From the NCBI GenBank assembly GCA_964016885.1, contig OZ024740.1, forward strand, positions 281,914,001 to 281,978,000: a DNA stretch of 64,000 nucleotides. Reading direction: 5' to 3'. A program made the translations under genes and the position numbers. Of the stretch, positions 58,353 to 64,000 are shown in pieces. This DNA is from Eledone cirrhosa. Its lineage: Eukaryota. The notes under the pieces are model-generated. The model saw only the letters and a program-made list of their open reading frames with translations, was not told the DNA's origin and ran no database searches. Position 1 is the stretch's first letter. Every line of letters begins with the position of its first letter.

Positions 58353-59799
58353 ATAACTACGTTAATTAATACCTATCTCGTGAGTATTGTTAGGGATCTT
58401 TTGTTTTAGGTATATAAAATAGCTGACAATAAAATGAATCTGGAATATTTATTAAATGTCTGGATGTGGAAGACAAAAGGCTCGTGCAACAATTACATTG
58501 CTGATATTCATCTATTGCAGTCATTCTCAAACTTTCCTTTTATTCACGACGCACTTTAGAGCAGGTAAAATATTTTGGCCTACTTTGTACCTAAGTTCGA
58601 AAATTTATTCAAAAGAGGTATTTAGACATTTTAGCATATGCTAAGCAAAGGCAGCGAATTAGCAGAGGCGTTAGAACGATAGAATGCTTTACGTTATTCG
58701 TTTCAATTCTTTGCTCTCTGAGTTCAAAGCGCACCGAGGTCAACTTTTCCCTTCATCCATTCGAGGTCGAATAATTCTAAAATCTAAGATGGCAAATTGT
58801 GTTTGAATCAGAAAACTGATTGGCAAAAAGTCCCATATTTAAAAGATGTGTATAGTTGACTCCGGTATTTTATTTTCTCGACCACGGTATAATGAAAGAC
58901 ATTGGTTGCACTTAACATTGGTTGCACTTAACATTGGTTGCACTTAAACCTGGAATATAAAAAGCTGTAAGTAAATATCACATGCCTGACATTTTAAGAA
59001 AGCGTTTTTCAACTGGTGTTCCTCAGAACCCTAGGATCCCGCGAGGAACAGTGATAAATAAGCTAAAAGAGATAGATATTAATAATGGAATATAATAATT
59101 TTATGCAGGGATTCCCTGAGACGGGAAAACTATTTCAAGGGTTCCACCAGGCTACAAAATTTTATTCTAAGGATTAAAACAAATCCATTAGTGATAATTA
59201 CTATTAACTGTTTACTACAGAGAATTCTAAATATCGTCTCTATATAATCTAAATATCGTCTCTATATTAGTTTGTACTATAATTCTGTCAATAATATCGT
59301 TTAAGTTTAAACAAGTTTTGTTTTTGTATGGCTATTTTTCTAATTCTAAAGCAGGAACACATTGTAGGAGCAGTGATAAATTATCTTTGCACATGTTGAG
59401 TCATAGAAACTACATTAATCTAATTATACATATCCTGTTCTGAACAGCAGTAACTAGATGGGTGAGAAAAAAGTTTTTGACTTGTCTTTCTCTATATATT
59501 TTGATGTGATCAAGAACAGAATTCTACGAAGGGTCACCAAGTGAACTGAACGTCTTCGAATTTCAGGGATTCTGATGTGTTGCTTGAAAATAATTAATAA
59601 TGAAGTTAATAGTATGGGCTCTTATATCACTTATTATTTAATGGCGGGTGTAATATTGGTACCACTGCAATGGAGTGGATACAAACGTTTGAATTAGTCT
59701 TTAGTATACTACTAGTACTAATTTTATGAACACTGTGGAGATTTTAACTTTGAGAGACAAGACTAAAATGGGTACTTCAGTGTGAATATGAACCATGTA

Positions 59800-59975
59800 T
59801 GTACATATACATAAACATGTACACTAGGTCCGAACCCAAAGGAACCAAACTTTCACTGTTACTGCCTCCGTCCCTCCCACTCTATCCATCTCTCACTATT
59901 ATGAGCAAATGGAGGCTCACGTGCTGGCCGCCCCGCGGCCCCGGCGGACAGAATAGAGAAGGCGTTTCCCCGGAG
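59800..59975 (-). mobile_element. Extreme 3' end of the CRE-like element
   Basis: Reverse complement matches 36330-36430 (gaaacgccttctc..ttctgtc...ccatttgctcataatagtgagagatgg). Confidence 0.75.
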
Positions 59976-60157
59976 GCTTACACCTGTAGCGACGTGGTTA
60001 GTCAGTCTGGTCACTACTTCTGACCAGATCCGAGAATAGCCCTTAGAAGGACTGTTATCGCATACGGTCTGATCAGATCTGAAGATAGCCCTTAAAAGGA
60101 CTGTTGTCGCATATAGCCCTTAAAAGAACTGTTGTCGCATATAGCCCTTAAAAGAAC

Positions 60158-60616
60158 TGTTGAGGATGGACAGACGAAAGCACAAGTTGAAAGGACGAAG
60201 CAAGGCGAGATGTAAATTGGATCAGCTATTTATTTTCACATGAAGCGACGATACAAGGTACAAGACGTGTGTGAGTGACAAAGCCTGGCAGAGGCGAGGA
60301 ACAATGATGCGCGAGTTGACTCTGCCAAATGTCGACTAGCGAAGTGTTTGGAAAGACTCTATTTATACAGAAACAATCGTTTGATGTTTAGCCGCTGTGT
60401 AGGCGTTTATTCTGGTAGGTTTTAAGGGTTCTTTTGTTTCACGTTGAGGTAGCTAGCTAACAGGTAGATGGCGCTGTATATTTCACAGATGTTATTTTCG
60501 GTGGCTGTACACACCTGAGGATAGCCAACTCTGTGCCGATGGTGGGCCACTGCTACGGGCAAATACAGTAAACGTGTAATCCGTTCTCGTGCAATTGGTC
60601 ATGTTATTTCGTAACA
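60158..60616 (-). mobile_element. LTR-like segment (459 bp) with an adjacent 28-bp tandem repeat leader (~60035-60161)
   Basis: TGTTA...CAACA termini, TATAAATA (~60365) then AATAAA (~60230) in the expected order; no partner LTR in the window. Confidence 0.5.
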
Positions 60617-61316
60617 CAATCTGATTAGACAATGCTGTTATCTTATATTCTATTTGTAAATAAGATTTTGCATTATGCTAGACCTCACCGGTTATGCAAC
60701 AACTCTACCAAAACTCAATAGCCATATAGCAACAATAAGAATAGCTATTCATTTAGCTCCAATCTCACTAAACGTGAAATCACCAAATACAATTCATAGA
60801 TTACTGTAAAACAAATAATAACTAGTATATTTTACAAATCAATTAAATGAAACCCAAAATCGAATTCTGAGTAGCAGAAAAAAACTGTTTCGAATATATT
60901 TTTTGCAGGATAGAAAGTGAAGAAGAAACTCTAACACTATTTTATTTATAGAATTATAGATTATAGTTAAATTATGCCGACTGTAGACAAATAGTTTATG
61001 TATTCGTATCGTTTTAGAATAGGAATCAACTTAAACTGATATTTATTATCAGGATTAAAGAATACTGGGAAACAAATTTGGGAAACAAATACTGGGAAAC
61101 GCTTTTAATATAGATGAAATTATAGATAAAGCATGAATCTCTAAAAATTCTTGCCAGTATGTATGTCAAAGGTATTTTGAGTGCTAATGGTTTAATTACA
61201 TAAATCATAGCCTCATTTAAATAACTACTCTCGATGGGTTTTTTTTTTAGCCCTCAATAACCTCTTTATTTATTTCAATCTTTATCCATGGTGAATGGAA
61301 TGTCTCTTGTTATATA

Positions 61317-61351
61317 CCTCTGAATAAAAGATTTTATCTCGAAATTTCAGG
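61317..61351 (+). ncRNA. Degenerate minimal hammerhead motif
   Basis: CCT-CTGAAtA-aAAGAT/ttt/ATCTC-GAAA-TT-TC-AGG; catalytic G8 is replaced by T. Confidence 0.42.
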
Positions 61352-61529
61352 ACAGATAAATAAATAAGGTTACACATACATCTACACAATTGTTGAAATG
61401 AATTGGTACAGTTCACCAGGATTGTATGTCCATCGCAATGTAACAAATTAGTGTTTGAGTTATTTCACCTAAAACTATCATTCAAAACCTTTTACTGTTT
61501 TATTTGTTTAACATTAATTACAATCTTAA

Positions 61530-63720
61530 ATTTAGTATATTCTGGGCGGAGCTGTTCTGCTAGAAAATGATTCGCAAGTGACGGTAGGGCCATCAGATAT
61601 GATAACGAGTTGCGATATAAGCGGGTTCATGCCGGACGAATAAGTAACTCCAGAACAACAGCGGTAAACTACTATGAGAGATGGAGCAATAGATAACGTT
61701 CCCAAGAAAACTCTCACAACCCAGCGACGTAGCTCGACGAGCTGAGTAAAGGCAGCCTCTAAAAAGCTTAGTCTTCGCGGGTCTGAAAAAAATATCAAAT
61801 TGATTGATGCAATAAAAGTATTCATGCCACATTGTCCTTCATGCGGAGTAACAAGGGACGTGTTCAGGCTTTAGGTAGTGGGGCCTGTTCGAAAAATATA
61901 TTGCAGTCTACTTCAAGTCAGTTACAACTTGCGATGGGCCTACGATCTGTTATGGGAGGCGTGGGATAGACGCACAAAGGCTTTGTATCCCGAGACATTA
62001 GGGTTGATATAGTAGGAAAAGAGTCTCAAGGTTTCGGACGGTAGTCTTTCATCAGATGGTGGAGCAGATGGTGGAGGGCCGATTTATAATGAACAAATAG
62101 GTCCCGCTGGCGACATTTTTGTAGAAGTTGGTGTGGATGCCAACTTCTTCCGTTATTCTGAGTTGGGAGTCGAGCAGGGAGGGGGGTTCAGTGTCATCGG
62201 GGTGTTCCATGCCGAATCTTTGTTTTCGTCCATGCTGGAAAACGTCATGTATATCCTGTCTGTCACTTCACGGAATGGTGTCAGGATGAGTATGTCATCT
62301 ATATATCGGGTGAAGAAGGCACAGGAGAGGCAGATGTTGAGGGCCCGGCGTTCTAGCTGGTTCATATAAGTAATGGTCAACAGGCCTGATAAGCTGGATA
62401 CCATGGGGAGTCGTGTTGTTTGTCTGTATGTATGATTGTGGAAGGTGAAGTAGGTATTATCCACCGTGATGGTTAGGAGCTGGTGTATGTCTGCCGCGTA
62501 GAGACCCTAGCAGTACATGTTAGATGAAATTATGCAGTCAGTCACTAGGCTGACTGCTGGATGACCGGGGTCTTTTGTATCTATTGAGTCTAAGTTGATC
62601 TGGCTGGAGCTGGTGAAGTCTCTGTATTACTTCATCGGAGCTACTGAAATGGTGGATAATCTATGTTGAGGATCTGGGTAAGGAGCCAGGAAATTTTATA
62701 TAGAGGTCCTACTATGCTGGAAACAATGTGTCGAATCTGGAGTTTAACATTATTCTTATGGGTCTTAAGGAGGTGGTAGAAAGTGGACTGTCTACTATTT
62801 CTAGTGAAGAAGTTGTTTCTACGTTTATTGGGAAGTTGTCTCCTGCAAATGTCAAACCAGATGGTGCTGACGCCTTCTTCGGTCTGGGTTGCAGTTACGC
62901 CCGAAACTTTTGCATACAGTCCGTCGTCGCTCAGGTGTTCGTAGGCCAGGTCGTCATAAGTGGCTTGGGAGATGACACACTATTCCCTCCCTTTGTCAGA
63001 AGGGAGGTAGGTAAGTTCCTTTTCTCACAGGTTTTTCAGGTTGAGCTTTTGGGTCCTCTTTTGCCTCCCTAGTATATCGAGGATAGACTGCTTCAGTCTT
63101 GAGAGTTTGTCGTTAAGTTCATGGTTGGCAGGCAGTGGACAGAGTGGGTAGTTGAGTTGGTATATCGGGAATTTGGTGGAGGTGTTTGTCTCGGCACTGT
63201 TGCTGCTACTGATATTCATTTTAGCTCGTAGGCAGCCTGACAAAAATTAGTTTCTAGGTGGAGGCATAACCTGGCGTCCAGTCTCTACGTTACTATAAAC
63301 TTGGGGCCAAGACTGAGGAGTTCTAACTCATCTCGGGAGAGAGATCTTGTGAAGTCTGCAACGAGGGGTCGTGCTTCGGTTAATGTGTTTGTGTTGGTTG
63401 GTGTGCCGGTAAGCTCGGTGTTGATGTTGTTCTGTCTGCCTCTGTTGGTATCTTGAGGTGAACTGTTAGTGTGATTTGTCATGCAGAACCTGGGGAATTT
63501 TCGCTTTAGGCGCTTCTTCTCGTGATCTAGGTGGTGGTGATAGCATCTATCTGTTGCAGCGGTTGTCACTCCGAGCAGGGGCTCTGGGGGTTGCTGATTG
63601 TTCAGGTAGTATGTTAAAGATTTTCCGTATGTGTTGGTGTAACGTGCGGTGTATGCGTTCTATGAGTTCCTTGATGCAGAACTTGTGAAGGTAGTTCATT
63701 GACTAATGCTTGGCGATTAT
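61530..63720 (-). mobile_element. Degenerate Penelope-like element (N-terminal region + RT)
   Basis: LSRDELELLSLGPKF; NTYFTFHNHTYRQ...PM.S.LSG...YM..LE; TRYIDDILIL; many frameshifts and deletions. Confidence 0.82.
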
Positions 63721-63825
63721 GTGTGTGTTTTTATTGGTAGCTTGAATCACCCAAAGTATAACAATATCTGATTCAACACACGATTCCACATCAAGAAACT
63801 TTCAATACAAATACAAAACGAAATA
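63718..63825 (+). mobile_element. PLE pseudo-LTR terminal segment homologous to 8657-8763
   Basis: cccaaagtataacaatatc.g.ttcaacacacgatt shared; same end point cgaaata. Confidence 0.78.

Positions 63826-64000
<175 letters not shown>

Overview
AT-rich, microsatellite-dense animal genomic DNA. The repeat landscape suggests a coleoid cephalopod such as Octopus; this is an inference. One host gene is present: eight + strand coding exons (2336-43633, all GT-AG, phases consistent, about 260 aa) of RNF113A/Cwc24, a spliceosomal CCCH + RING protein whose 5' end lies upstream of the window. Everything else is transposon-derived or simple repeat: a near-full-length RTE LINE, a CR1-type LINE, two Penelope-like elements (PLEs) with minimal hammerhead ribozymes, CRE-type and Gypsy relics, an LTR-like segment, non-autonomous Helitrons, piggyBac/mariner/hAT MITEs, two tRNA-SINE families and multi-kb (TA/TATG)n arrays. 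The long 'YIYI' ORFs are microsatellite artefacts. The most unusual recurring pattern is fold-back architecture. Several unrelated elements (RTE LINE, a TSD-bounded SINE, a PLE, a hammerhead fragment, a Helitron junction) carry inverted copies of their own ends, often next to (TA)n, and several of them lie inside RNF113A introns.
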